This document shows, piece after piece, positions 1 through 13,878 of a stretch of DNA of 64,000 nt (its first letter is position 1; the number at the start of each line of letters is the position of its first letter). Below the pieces are notes generated by a model that saw only the letters and a list, made by a program, of their open reading frames with translations, had not been told where the DNA came from and did not search any database. The translations under genes and the position numbers were made by a program. The DNA comes from Octopus sinensis. Taxonomy: Eukaryota. The stretch is from positions 124,001 through 188,000 of the forward strand of contig NC_043021.1 in NCBI RefSeq assembly GCF_006345805.1, in the 5' to 3' direction.

Positions 1-612
1 CCCAAAATTACAAATATATTTTTAGAAAAATGAAGGGTTTTTGCTTCCTTTCTTGTTTCGTGTTTTTTTTCTTCTTTTAGCTTGTTGTATTTATATATTT
101 TTTTATTCTTGCAGCTTTTCTTGAGATTGTATTTAGGAAAATGGTTGAGGAAAGAATTCCTTTCATTCGATACACTTTTGTGGTGAATGTTCATATCCAT
201 ACACATCTAAGTACATAGATGTGCATGTGTATGTATGTATTATGTATGTATATATGTACGTATGTATGTATGTATGTGTGTGTGTATGTATGTATGTATT
301 GGTGCGTATGTATGTATGTAGAGGTATGTATATGAATGTATATGCGTCTATATTAGTTGTTGCATTGCCCTTGTTCTTTTACTCGTGTTCGCTTAAGTAG
401 GTTCACACCGACGAACGCACGCTCACACATCCTTCTCGCATACGCACACACTCACTCTCAAACGCATCCATTCGCTGACGGATTCTAACTCACACACACG
501 CAGTGTCGCATACAAAGACGCATACACATACGTACCTATTTGTGCCCGTGTGTGTGTGTGGTGTGTATTTACACACACACATACATACATACATACATAC
601 ATACATACATGC

Positions 613-670
<58 letters not shown>

Positions 671-1547
671 AACATATACATACATACATATGTATATATA
701 ATATGTTGTAACTAATTGATAACAGTGTGTATAGTATATTCTTTTATTCAAATCTATCCATGTATTTTCGAATATATATATATATATGATTCTTATTGTC
801 AATAATCCATTGACGTGATGAATGATGCATACACACACTCACACACATATACATGCATACATACATACTTACATACATATTTACATGCACACACACACAC
901 ACACACCACACACACACACACATATATATATAAACGGTGATGAGGTGTTGTTTCTATTATCAGTTCAAATAAAATATGTGAGTTTTTGTGGCTGAGGGTG
1001 ACTTTGACTCCTATTTCTAGCAATGAAGTATTTCATTTTTGAATGTAAATTTCGTCCAACCACCTTTATTATTTTATAATTATCACATGTACATATATGT
1101 ATATATATACATATATATAATATATATATATATTTTATATTTATATATAATATATAATGTGTATATATAAATATAAATATATATATATCATATATTTATA
1201 GTATATAATTATATACATAAATAATACTAATATATATATTATAAATTATCATATATATATATACACACACATACAAGCATGCACATACATACATTCATAC
1301 ATATGTGTATATATACATATGTGTATATATACACATAGACGTGTATAAACATCTTATATATAATATATATATGTATACTAATGTATGTGCATATATATAT
1401 ATGTATATGTGTATGGACATGTATGTATGCATATATGTGTATGTATGTGTGTATGTATGTATATCAGCATATCAGCGTATATGAAACGTTATGTATTGCA
1501 GTGTGTGTGTGTGTGTGTCTGTCAACAGGCTATAGACTGATACTCAC

Positions 1548-1609
1548 GAGAAGTTTTTCAAATTCTTGTCTACTTGCGTTCCTGTTGGTTATAACGTTGC
1601 CAACTTGAC
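1548..1609 (-). CDS. Cngl: CNG channel coding exon (post-S6 / start of C-linker): (G)QVGNVITNRNASRQEFEKLL
   Basis: The minus strand reads tgtaatttcAG|GT CAA GTT GGC AAC ... AAA CTT CTC|GTgagta: a 62-bp exon with canonical splice sites. The peptide matches the CNG-family C-linker start (recalled insect Cngl GQVGNVITNRNANRLEFERLL). Its phase matches the 14907-14965 exon. The subfamily symbol is from memory. Confidence 0.92.
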
Positions 1610-2031
1610 CTGAAATTACAACAAGCGTATATTTAAATGTCTCACGTGTATATTTATACATACATTTACATATGTGTATGCCTACATATATGCGTGAGTG
1701 CGTGTGCATGCGTGTGTTGTAAGTATATATTAAAGACAGCCTGAAAATTTAATAAATTCAATACAAACACAATCGTGTCAGATGATATTTGTAAATAAAA
1801 AATGAAATTCATCAGATACAGAAACGTATGACTACGCAGCATAATTTAAATACCATTATCTTTCGCAGAGTTGGCATAATCGATTCATTTTATATATACA
1901 TACATACATACATACATACACACATACATACATCACATACATATATATATATATATATATACATATGTATATATATAATTATATATAGACATGTATATTA
2001 TATATATATATATATTATATATATACATATG

Positions 2032-2066
<35 letters not shown>

Positions 2067-2796
2067 GTATATGTATGTATGTGTGTGTGTGTGTTTGTAT
2101 GTTATCTTTGTTAGCGACGAGGAAGATTTGGTAAAAGTGACAACCTTGTCACAATGGAAGACATAAAATAAACGTACGTCGGCAAATGAAGATAAAGCGT
2201 GGGCAAGTAAACAGAGTGGAATGTAAATTAAAATATAAATGATTAAAGATTAAAGCTGGAATGGATTGAAGTGAACGAAAAACAAATAAAACGTATATGT
2301 CTGGACTGGTTGTTGGTTGGAGACAATGTTGTTAATCTCTTCAATGAGATTAGAGAGCGTTGTAATAAAGTTAATGGCAAGAGAAAAAATAATGAGAATT
2401 CATAAATTGATGGTTTAATAGGAAATTGTAAATTGCAGGTGGAATAATTAAATAAATTAATTAATGGTGGAAGGTTAATTAAGTTCTTAGGTTAAATAAT
2501 GGAGTGAATGTATTAAAAGGTAGCAAGCTACTAGAATGCAAAATCTTAGCTTTATCCGTTTCTATTGCGTAGCTTCTCTGATGGTGATTTATGAAATAAA
2601 AGAGCTGAGTCGGCTTATTGCGGCGAATGGCCGTTAGTGAAAGTGAACTTTGTTTTTCTCTGGAAAGTATTATATGGAGGTGAGCTTAGTGCAAATGGAC
2701 TGAGTTACTGGGAAAGTATCTTGATGTTCAGTCTTTCGATGATGACTTATATTAAATAATAATAATGATGATGATGATGATGATGATGATAATAAT

Positions 2797-3152
2797 CATG
2801 CTCGTTCGATTCCAGGATCGTAAAGAAAAGGATATAAAACAAACAAAAAGAAAAAGTACAATTCCTTTAAATCTAAAATAGGAAGAATTTGGAGTACGAG
2901 AACTGTAAAGGTGGTGCCTATAGTAAGTGGTGCGCTGGGAAGAGTAAGCAAAGATGTAGACAAATGGCTGAAGGAGATTGGAATAGAATGACCTGTAGAG
3001 TTCTTATAGAATGTTTGTCTCTTGGGGACAGCAAGGATTACCAGGAGGGTTCTAAGCACTTGAAAGACTGCTGGAAATTTGTGGATACCGAGGGTTATAG
3101 ATAATAAACCGCTACCCACATAAATCCTATCACCGAACCTAAGTCAAACCAA
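2797..3152 (+). mobile_element. Dong/R4-like RLE non-LTR retrotransposon 3' fragment (decayed)
   Basis: Translates to KKEKY..IGRIWSTRTVKVVPIVSGALGRVSKDVDKWLKEIGI..LLGTARITRRVL, the RLE C-terminus. Flanked by (TAA/TGA)n. Confidence 0.75.
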
Positions 3153-3170
3153 ATAATAATAACAATAACT

Positions 3171-3224
3171 GTACCCCAGTGTCACTTTGATGGCATACGC
3201 TGCTCTCTCACTCACTCAATGATA

Positions 3225-3298
<74 letters not shown>

Positions 3299-3583
3299 CT
3301 CGGGAAACATGGGTGTTTTGTTCATCATCCTTAAAACGAATCTTATCCAGGGCCTTTTGAGTGGGATGGGCTACACGACCTGAAGAAAATTCTAACAGGG
3401 TTCCACCTGCAAAGTCAAGCGCTGTTTATCTTGATATGAGATCACCATGTCGCGCACACATGGTTGTGATGCATGCGCCCGGTGTACTCTTATCAGACGG
3501 GTAGTCATGATGGGTATACTGGGCTTTGTATATTTTTACCCCAGTGTTACATTTTTGGCATGCGCTGCTCTCTCTCTCTCTCG

Positions 3584-3584
<1 letters not shown>
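3171..3584 (+). mobile_element. Two 5'-truncated copies (3171-3220, 3298-3584) of a (TAA)n-associated retroelement 3' end
   Basis: Both share the 3' end accccagtgtcactttgatggcatgc..ctgctctctcactc+(AAT)n with the 9620-10163 copy. Each is bounded by TAA repeats. Confidence 0.75.
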
Positions 3585-3657
<73 letters not shown>

Positions 3658-3998
3658 CGAACCAGAAGCTGCGATTGAAAATAATTATTACAAGATCTTG
3701 TGGTATTTCGCCACAAATTCTGACTATACTATTGAGGCAAGAAGATCAGTTATGATTATAAAGGACCAAGTAATCAGGCTAAGAGCATAGATTTTGCATT
3801 TCCCTATGATAGAAGAGTCGATGTCAAAGGAAAAAATGGAGAAATATGAGAGAGTAGAAGACCAAAGCAGCAATTATTCCTGTAGGAAATGGTTCACTTA
3901 GCACAACACCGAAAATGCAGAAAAGTACCATCCTATATTCTGCAAGAATACTAAGGAAGATTCTTGAGATTAGCTGTGACTCATTGTCACCAAACCTG
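3658..3998 (+). mobile_element. Dong/R4-like RLE LINE 3' fragment (decayed)
   Basis: EPEAAIENNYYKILWYF..TIEARR..IDFAFPYD..QKSTILYSARILRKILE, directly after (TAA)n. Confidence 0.7.
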
Positions 3999-4029
3999 TT
4001 AATAAATAAAGCATGCACCAGCGAAATAA

Positions 4030-4400
4030 TCATAATTGGTATCAAATGTATTAATGTTCTCGAAGTCTTTTGTTTAGCTCCGGAAATTGAGTTGTATTGC
4101 ATTCTCAGATTTACAAATGCCAGTTGTTTTTTATCATTACTCCAAGGTTTAACTATCGTAGAATATTCCATTATATTAAAACCTGCGATGAATCCTTCGA
4201 AATACCCAATATTAATTGCGATGCGTCACCTGTTCCTTCGTTTTCTTTGTTTTAGTTTCTGAATGTGTTTGTGTTGATACAATTTTGTTTTCAAAGAACT
4301 GGTGGTTAACCCTGTATATAAAAGTCGTTTACTGTTTATCTCATTGCCTCGTGATATTCTTTTAGTCGTGATAATCGCTTAGATCAACCCAATTAAGTTT
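4030..4400 (-). mobile_element. Penelope-like GIY-YIG endonuclease remnant
   Basis: The minus strand gives LYTGLTTSSLKTKLYQHKH..(IW)..VKPWSNDKK, a degenerate YIG..F..R..H / KPY..C..C pattern. Confidence 0.5.
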
Positions 4401-4939
4401 AAATGTTTTCTATTTGAGGGACTGTTTTTAATTTCCATAAAATAGGGTTCACTAAATTTTATTCCAAACTATTGTGTGAAGTTATATAATGCAGTTTGAT
4501 AGGGGTTTGATGCATTTATGGTATGAAGTTACTTGTGGTCTTCCAAACGGAATAGATCTTTCTGTCTGAAGGAATTGCGACAAACACTTGTGAATAGCAC
4601 CAACAAATCCATTCAACTGGGTTCATAGTTTCCTAAACATGACACTCGAAAACAACAGTTTAGTTACCTTTTCCAGGGAACAATTCCAAAATTTGGCAGT
4701 GTTGTAAATCTCCAACAGACACCAAAGTTAGAAAATAATATTTCATAAACCATAAAACACACAAATTAATTAAATTCGTTACTTGCAAATATTTAATTAT
4801 TAATTAGTTTTTGTGTTTCTAATAAGATTAATTTTTTTTAAAAGTCTACACCTCATCTTTACATAGAGACAATATAAGCATAATTGTGTGTGTGTGTACG
4901 TATGTATGTATGTATGTATACATATATATAGTGAAAATT

Positions 4940-5820
4940 TACAAAAAAAATACAAAAAACGAAGACGAGTGTGTAAACAACAATTATGTATTAGTTTAAC
5001 GCTCGGGAAGTGAGAAAGTCTTTTACGTTTCCAGCCTATGCTCTTCAACAGAAAGGAACATAGAAATAAACAGGGAGAGAAAATAAAAATGGTTTAGTGG
5101 CTAGCGATCTATCATGGCGAATGCCGGACAGAGGGTTCACAATGAGGTTGGAGGCTGTGGGGGTGGGAGACGGGAGGAGGACATGAGGTCATGGATAGTG
5201 GAGGACACAGTCTGCTGGTAGCTGGGCGTGGGGTTGGGGGCAGAGGGCAGTAGAAGGTGGTGTCTTGAAATTGGCGGAGAGCTTGCGCCTCAAAGAGGTC
5301 CGCGCTCCACACCACCACCGTTCCACCCTTGTCGGTCGGTTTTATGATGATGTCCGTGCGGCGTCAGAGACATCGAAGGGCCGAGAGTTCGGCTAAGGAG
5401 ATGTTCAGATATCGGGGACGCCTGGAAATGTCAAAGCGGTCCACAGCGCGCTGGCAGGCGCCCACAAAAAGAACGACTACTTGGAACTGGCCAGGAGATG
5501 GCGTCCACTGGGATGGTCGGAGGCCCAGGTCGGTGAAGCAGTCCTCCTCATTAGATGCAGGTGGAGTGTCGTGGAAAAGCGCACACAACCTACGCGGCAC
5601 ACAAAGCTGGATGGAGTGAGGGAGGTGAAACACAGGCCCCTACTGAGGAAGAAGCGCACCGCCTCTGGAGGAAGGGTAACAACAGACTGAAGTAGAGAAG
5701 GGGCGGGTGGGACAGAAGTGGGAGGGGTGAGTTGCAGGCTGGGAGGGGATGAGAGGTATGTGTAGAAGGGGGTTTGAGGGACGGGGGTTTTGATGAGGGT
5801 GGAGGGAGCGTATCAAGATA
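4940..5820 (-). mobile_element. Internally deleted Penelope-like element (RT N-terminal remnant plus pLTR with hammerhead)
   Basis: NISLAELSALRCL*RRTDIIIKPTDKGGTVVVWSADLFEAQALRQFQDTTFY carries the PLE KPADKG motif. The tail resembles 33690-33830. Confidence 0.85.
5019..5056 (-). ncRNA. Minimal type I hammerhead ribozyme motif (CUGUUGA core variant)
   Basis: cuuu CUGUUGA agagcauaggcug GAAA CGU A aaag. Palindromic ACGU stem III with a GUA site; stem II is weakened by a C>G change. Confidence 0.6.
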
Positions 5821-5993
5821 TTTTTCATATGTATGTATATGTATATATACATATATGTATATACATATGCATATATATACATATATATATATATAATGTA
5901 TATATATATATATATATATATATAATTATATATATATTATATATCTATTAATATGCATTGTTTTATTTACTAATATATTATATACATATATAT

Positions 5994-6056
<63 letters not shown>

Positions 6057-6393
6057 GTCGAGAGAAACAATACCTGTATCATACATATGAGCATGCGATC
6101 TGCATACACATATACACACATAAACATAGAGCTACATATACTCAGAGAAGACATTTAAGCTGGTTGTAAATGAGATTTATTAAGATTTTAGCTGAAGGAA
6201 GCCATAGAAAGTGACGAGTGGAAGGATGTAATGATGTGAGAACGAAAGCATGAAGGAATAAAATAAGATATTGTGGGCTGGATGACGGAATTACTGCGTG
6301 GGTGGACTTAGCAGGTGCTTCGTATATATGTGCACATGTATGTGTGTGTGCTTATATATATACGCACACATACATAAACATATCTAAATGAGC

Positions 6394-6434
<41 letters not shown>

Positions 6435-7045
6435 ATAATTTATTATAGAATAGATATATACAAACATATGTATGTTTATATATACATATGTATATATACA
6501 CACACGCAACCCTCTATCTCTCAACAAATCTCTCGTCTTCTATTACGCCACTCTCACCCCTCCCCCATTTGTCTACCTATTAAACAGCATTCCTACTCTT
6601 CTTCTTCTTCTTCTTCTTCTTCTTCTTCTTCTTCTTCTTCTTCTTCTTCTTCTTCTTCTTCTTCTTCTTCTTCTTCGCCTTCTTATTCACACACATCGAC
6701 ACAACTAAATCTTTCTTGATGCATTTCTTACATAACGGTGCACCGTGACATCAAATCCGTACGATGCCCCTTATATATGTTTGCTGGTGAATGAGCTTGC
6801 ACTGCCTAAGGCTTATATACACACACATATACATGTGTGTGTCTGTGCGTGTGTGTATGTGTGTGTGACGTTTTACGTATGTATATTCCAATCTACATGT
6901 GTTGTTTATTATGTGTATATGTTTAAGTGACTGTTTTCTGAACTATGTGTGTAGGTTCAGATATTTTGCCCATATTGAAGTTTAAAAAAACGTAATTAAC
7001 TCATCATATATGTACACAAATGTGTATACATATATATATACATAC

Positions 7046-7077
<32 letters not shown>

Positions 7078-7463
7078 GTATGTATATATATTTATATGTA
7101 TGTATGTATGCATGTATGTATGTATGTATGTATGTATGTATGTATGTATGTATGTATGTATATAGTAAAACGAGTAGCTACATCAAATGGGCAGTTGAAT
7201 GTTACTACTAGTTTAACCCCAGGTGGATTCTCCACCAGTTGGCTTTTGGTCGAAGCTCTGCACCCTTTATATACAGTATATCGCTAGCTGGGAGACCGAA
7301 CCCCTCCTACCATCCATCAGCTAACAAGATGAGCCAAATAGCACGAAACTGACCCTGTTAGATATATATATATATAAAGAGAGAGAGAGAGAGGGAGAGA
7401 GATAGACAGAGACAAACAGAGACAGAGATATATACATACACACATGCATAGATATATATACAT

Positions 7464-7511
<48 letters not shown>

Positions 7512-7692
7512 CGGGGGGGTGGGTGTATTCCGATAAACTTACATGCACATATATTAATGTCTAAATGCAAGCGAGCTGTGAATTCATATACACAGGCACG
7601 CAATGCACATATATTACACACATGAGAATATAGGTATCATCTATAAGCAAATATAATGAAATTACATTGAAGCAAAAAACTGTAACAGTGTG

Positions 7693-7766
<74 letters not shown>

Positions 7767-7829
7767 AATTGTTCCATTTTATATTTTCAATTTCGCGCAT
7801 GCTCATTGTTTGCATTTGATTTTGTCGAA

Positions 7830-8700
7830 GTTGGGTACCGTCTGTGAGGAAAAAAAGCCAATATGACGCAATTCACTCTGACAGAAAATTGGAAACGACA
7901 TACTGTCCTGCTTGATCTTAGCATCATAACTGTTTGGAACAGATGTTTCCTTAGCCGCCTATTGTAGCCTTTAGACGGAATAAAAATATAAGAAAACTAA
8001 TGACTTCTATTTCTCTCTCCAAGAAAACGAACATTGGGTTATTTGCACATTGTACCTTGAAAAACAGCTGCAAGGGAGGTAAGCCCGGTTAATTGTGCAA
8101 CAACATGAGTCAAGTGAATTCCATGAAGGATCATAACAGAAATGTTATGAATTATACAGAAGGTGGGACATGTAGAGATTCCCATTTAGTGTATGTGGCA
8201 GAATGCCCGAAACACAACTTGATTTATGTTGGTTGCGCAACAGAACATTTAAACAAAAGGTTTAATGGGACAGATTTAATGGAACAGATTCGACGTCAGG
8301 CACAATAACAGTTGTTCCACAGAACTTGCAGAACATTTCGTTTCAAATGGCTGCAATTTTGAAGAAGACTTGAGAAAGTGCATATTCTCAGAAAATATTC
8401 TGAATCTGCTTCACTTTCACTTCTCAAAATGCATGAGGAGAAATATGTTTGCTGGTTATTAACATCACGCCCAGGAGAAATGAATAAAATGACAGGAGAA
8501 TATCATCAAATTTATACAAAACTGATTAAATATTCTTCTTTTTTCCGTTTCTTTTTCTCTCCCTTTTTCTCTCCTTTTTCAGTCTTTTTCTTTTCGCCAG
8601 TTATCAAATTGAAACTTAAAATATGACGATGCCATTCCATCAACGAGTGGACGCTGGTTGCTCTCGTTCATATTTTAGATATGAATTTCTATAATTTCGA
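7830..8700 (+). mobile_element. Penelope-like 3' fragment (GIY-YIG)
   Basis: PPIVAFRRNKNIR..LCNNM..GGTCRDSHLVYVAECPKHNLIYVGCATEHLNKRFNG..TELAEHF..EEKYVCWL. Same family as 47915-48235. Confidence 0.85.
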
Positions 8701-8744
8701 ATTTTTATCACGTTTTAATTTGAACTCGACAAAGACAGGCTTGC

Positions 8745-8816
<72 letters not shown>

Positions 8817-8817
<1 letters not shown>

Positions 8818-9600
8818 CCGGAACTACCAGGCCAATGTGATGAAAAATGGAGCAGACCCAAAATGCCGATTCTGCAACGACATGATTGAAACAGTGGACC
8901 ACCTAATCTCTGGATGTAAAGTCTTAGCACCAGTGCAGTATAAATTAAGACATGACAGAGTTGGCCAATATCTCCACTGGCTAATAAGTCGGCATTACAA
9001 TATCAAAATGCCGACAAGTGGTATAATCACCACCTGAGGCTGTAACTGAAGGAGAAAATGTAACCATTCTGTGGGACTTTCCAGTACATACAGACCGAAC
9101 CATCAAGGCCAATAAACCAGATATTGTTGTGAAAGACCAAAACAATAAAGTTTGCTTATTGATCGACATGAGCATCCCCTGTGATCATAATATCTCAGCG
9201 AAAGAGTTTGACAAGCTCAGAAATATAAAGACCTACTCATTGAAATTGAGAAAATGTGGCATCTCAAGGCGGTTACAATACCAGTGATCGTAGGAGCACT
9301 AGGAATGATCAAGAAGGAACCGAAAATTATATGAGAATGATCCCTGGCTTACCATCCTGCAAGAAGTGCAAAAGATTGTCTTAACTGGTACATCACACGT
9401 ATTGAGAAGAGCATTGTCGATGTGAGACTGTTGCTGCTCATGCATTTTAATTTAACTTAAAAAAAAAAAAAAAAAAAATGAACGAACTACTGAGTTTGGT
9501 TTAATGGCCTACCAATATACACTATGAGTTTCTTTGCCCTAGGAGTCGGGAAGACACTCGGCAAGAAATGGAAGAAAGTTTGAAAGAAGAAAAAAAAAAG
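8817..9600 (+). mobile_element. Young Dong/R4-like RLE LINE, 5'-truncated, inserted in (TAA)n
   Basis: CCHC finger CRFCNDMIETVDHLISGC, RHD motif, ILWDF..ANKPDIVV..IDMSIP..KYKDL..PVIVGALG, with a few 1-bp frameshifts. TAA repeats on both sides. Confidence 0.92.
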
Positions 9601-9619
9601 TAATAATAATAATAATAAT

Positions 9620-10162
9620 GCCCTGATGCAGTACCAGGCAGTGGCTCTCATGGCTTCTGATCTTAACTGATTGGAAGTGTTATCATGTACATTGTTTTGT
9701 CTTGGTATAAAAGATGGGCTACAACAAATATTCTGCTCAATACCACAGATTTGCTTGTCAGTTGTTTGACCTTAACCAGTTGAGCATGTCACTTAGTGGC
9801 TGACGATATGTGCATCTCTGATCACGAGCAGAAGTAGTGGGGGAGCATCATAGCCATGTTTGAGAGGGATTCTTTGGGGTTGTAATTCAACCTCTGGAAA
9901 CATGGTGGTTCTTTCAACATCCTTAAACAACCTTATTCAGGGACTTTTGAGCGGGATGGGCTACTCAACCTGAAGAAAATTCTAACTGGGCCCCACCTGC
10001 AAGGTCATGTGTGTTTATCTTGATATGAGATCACCATGTCGCGCACATATGGTTGTGATGCATGTGCCTGGGTACCTTATCAGACGGGTAGTCAGGATGG
10101 GTATATGGGCTTCGTATATTTTACCCCAGGGTCACTTTGATGGCATGCACTGCTCTTCACTC

Positions 10163-10163
<1 letters not shown>
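9620..10163 (+). mobile_element. 3'UTR-like portion of a (TAA)n-associated retroelement
   Basis: Longest of three copies (see 3171-3584), bounded by TAA arrays. Confidence 0.75.
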
Positions 10164-10199
<36 letters not shown>

Positions 10200-10880
10200 T
10201 AATAATAATAATAATATAATAATAATAATAATAATATAGGAATAGCGATAGTGTTAAAGGTGATTACAATGACCAGCATGTTAAAGCGCCCACAGGGTCC
10301 TCAAGCTATGGTGCAGCAATTAGCCACATTAATACAGCTAAGATGCTCCAGATACATGTATGGATATATATATATATATATATACCCATACATACAGGAC
10401 AAATGTATGTATGTGTGTACGCATGTATGCTTGTAGAAATGCAGTTTCCTGGCAACGAATCTTAAGTGAAATAGCATGATGGTGGTTTGATGACAGAGAA
10501 TAAAATAAGATTGCAAGTTTGTTGTTGTTCTTGTCGCTACCGCTGCTGCTGTTGTTGTTGTTGTTGTTGTTGTCGCCGGCGTCGCTGCTTCATCTTCTGT
10601 TGTTTCTGTTATTGGCATTGCTCTTTTTATTGTTGATGATCATGATGACAAATGTGGTGACGATGAAGTCAATGCACGGAACAGGTGTTACTCTCAGCGC
10701 ATAAAACCAATGACAGACAGCGACTCTCTGCAGAAGATAGTTCCGACAATTTACGACTGAACTTAATTAATTAGGTTTTCACAGACACAAAACAGATGAC
10801 TTTTGGTAGCAAGAGTCGGTGTCAATGCTGTTCCTCCTCTTTAAACTCCAGTAGATTGGTGACAGAAACTGAAAGAAGCC

Positions 10881-10920
<40 letters not shown>

Positions 10921-10929
10921 TATATATAT

Positions 10930-11225
10930 CACTGATCACTTGACCGACCAGATCATTAGATGTTGCTACACATCGCTGGTCACAATGCGTTTGCATTGTT
11001 TTAGCCTTCGAACGACGCCACCCCGCTGGCTAAGCGAGCAGGCCAACAGAAGAAAGAGTGGGAGAAAGAGTGGTGAAATAGTACAGCAGGGATCACCACA
11101 CCCTGCCTGAGCGTCGTGGAGCTTTTAGGTGTTTTCGCTCAATAAAACACACAGCGCCCGGTCTGGGAATCGAAACCGCGATCCTCCAACCGCGAGTCCG
11201 GTGCCTTAACCACTGGCCACTGCGC

Positions 11226-11228
<3 letters not shown>
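10930..11228 (-). mobile_element. tRNA-derived SINE (family C)
   Basis: The head gaggcgcagTGGCCAGTGGTTAAGG..GGTTTCGATTCCcagacc has Pol III A/B boxes. Inserted in (TA)n. Confidence 0.8.
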
Positions 11229-11273
<45 letters not shown>

Positions 11274-11325
11274 TATATATATATATATAATATTATATAT
11301 ATATATAATATATATATATATATAT

Positions 11326-11356
<31 letters not shown>

Positions 11357-11464
11357 ATATATATATATTATATACACACATATGTATATATATATATATA
11401 TATATATGTGTAATATATATATAATATATATATACATATATACATATATATATATACACATATG

Positions 11465-11531
<67 letters not shown>

Positions 11532-11624
11532 ACAGACACTATGACACCACAGAAACATTAATAAAAATATCAACGACAACACAATAACAACAACAGCAGC
11601 AACAACAACAACAATAATAATTAG

Positions 11625-12022
11625 TCTTTTCTACTATAGGCACAATACCTAGAATTTGAGGGGAGGGTCATAGTTTATCACATCGACCGTAGTACTTGAC
11701 TGATACTTAATTATCGATCCTGAAAGGATGAAAGGAAAAGTCAGCCTCGGCGGAATTTGAACTCGGAACGTAGTGACGGGTGAAATACCTATTTCTTTAC
11801 TGCCCACAAGGGGCTAAACACAGAGGGGACAAACAAGGTCAGACAAACGGATTAAGTCGATTATATTGACCCCAGTGCGTAACTGGTACTTATTTAATCG
11901 ACCACGAAAGGATGAAATGCAAAGTCGACCTCGGCGGTATTTGAACTCAGAACATAGCAGCAGACGAAATACCACTAAGCATTTTACCCGGCGTGCTAAC
12001 GTTCTTGCCAGCTCGCCATCTT
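11625..12022 (-). mobile_element. tRNA-derived SINE family A, composite (duplicated-core) form
   Basis: Head ggcgagctggca..gttagcacgccggg, B box gagttcaaat, and two copies of the gcctttcatcctttcggggtcgat core. Probable TSD aacaataataa. Confidence 0.9.
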
Positions 12023-13081
12023 AACAATAATAACGAATGAGACCCGTGGAAATTCCATGGAATGAAAAAATTAAGAGAATTTATTTAAGAAAGAAAGGAT
12101 GATTTCCATTTTTAAAGAATCCATAGTTTCGCTTTCGTTGAATATTCTTGACGTTCGTTTCGCTACGTCTCCAGTGGTGTTGTGTCTCTTTTTCTCTTTC
12201 CCTGATATCTTCTCGTTGTTCCTCTCTGATCCGTGCTCCATATAAGCGGATCTTTTCTCGGGCAACTTGCAGCCGTGCCTCTTGTGAACCCAAGGTTTAG
12301 GCCAAATTAACCCTTACAAGCAAATATCAATTTTTAAAGCGAGTAGACGATAAATAATTGCACTTACGCGCATGCGTTATGTGATGGTTGCTATAACTGC
12401 CTCTCCAGTCCATCTCTCTCTACCTACCTTTCTTTAACCTCACCACCAGAACATCACTCTCTACTAAATAGTGTATCCTAAACATATCTTTTTCTCTTCA
12501 CCTTTCCCTTCTCCTAACCTTTTAACCACGTAACAAGTATTCTCTCCCCCACCCCACCGTACGTCGCTAACTCTTCTCTCTCTCCCAATTTTTCTCTCGT
12601 TCTTCGCCTCTACATTCAGCTGACCACGTGACACATTTCGCCTAAGTGTATTAATATTAATCACTTTTCTCTAATTCTTCTCTTTTTTCACCCCTCCCTC
12701 CTCACCGCTCTTTCTCTCTCACCCACACTTACTCCACCTCCACCTCTCTAACTAACTAAAGTATAAGAGGCGAACGAAGAAGCAGATTATTGTCTAGGTA
12801 TTCGTTTAAAATTCTGGCACGACGCCAGCAATTTTCGGGTGAGGGTAAGTCGATTACTTTAAACCTGGCGCTTGCGTCCAACTTGAAGATAAGAAATCAT
12901 ACGAAAGCAGGATTACTTGTGAAAGAATGAAAAGCTAAAAGTAATGCGGTTACACGGATAGTTCCAGAGAGACTCTACGAGTGCGAAGTATCATGGCTGT
13001 TCGTGGGAGTGGTTCTGGAGGAGAGATTTAAAGAGATAATTTGTTGGTAACTGCTCAAGATTAAGTGTGATGTGTGTGTGT

Positions 13082-13115
<34 letters not shown>

Positions 13116-13435
13116 GACAGAGAGAGGGAGGAGAAGGGAGAAGAAGAAGAAGAAGAAGAAGAAGAAGAAGAAGAAGAAGAAGAAGAAGAAGAAGAAGAAG
13201 AAGAAGAAGAAAAGAAGAAGAAGAATGTAAATACATGTAAAAAGAGGCATTTTATGCGTGTAGAGAACATGTAGAGAATCTCCTAAACTGTTACTCCTCA
13301 AAGGAAGATTAAAAAATAACAGGTTTTTAATTGAATGGAATTGCTCAGAGTTTGTAGAATATATCTGGAGTATAGAGGGATAGAAGAGGGGAAAGGATGG
13401 AGAGGAAGAAATGATAATGCAATATATATATATAT

Positions 13436-13490
<55 letters not shown>

Positions 13491-13555
13491 ATAAAACGGT
13501 AAGATAACAAAAGAAAGAAAGAGACCTCAATATTTGTAAATAGGGGAAATTTATC

Positions 13556-13808
13556 TATACAATATGTTACATTACTCGGTAGTCAAGATAAAACTCTGAG
13601 TTTCAGATGCCGAAGTGGAAGCCACAACACCATCTCTTCGGTTATCTGGCTATTTGAAAACGTTATCGATGATAAGATACTCTGAGTTTTATTTTTTCAT
13701 AACGTTTTCAAATAGCCAGATACCGAAGAGATGGTGTTGTGGATTTCCACTTCGGCATCTGAAACTCAGATTTTTTCTTGACTACCGAGTAATGTAACAT
13801 ATTGTATA
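13556..13808. repeat. ~250-bp foldback element, arms 13556-13666 and 13699-13808, each with a hammerhead-like motif
   Basis: The arms are near-exact reverse complements. The spacer holds a partial third copy (aagatactctgagtttt). Confidence 0.9.

Positions 13809-13878
<70 letters not shown>

Noticed and set aside
2110-2750. Possible very old PLE remnant
   Set aside because: No motif could be read with confidence.
11150-11228. tRNA gene candidates (also ~37030-37100 and ~22010-22095)
   Set aside because: These are SINE-type heads that continue into repeat bodies, without a complete cloverleaf.
12081-12293. 70-aa charged ORF (GSQEARLQVAREKIR..)
   Set aside because: TTG start with an in-frame TAA just upstream, no splice support and no recognisable homology.
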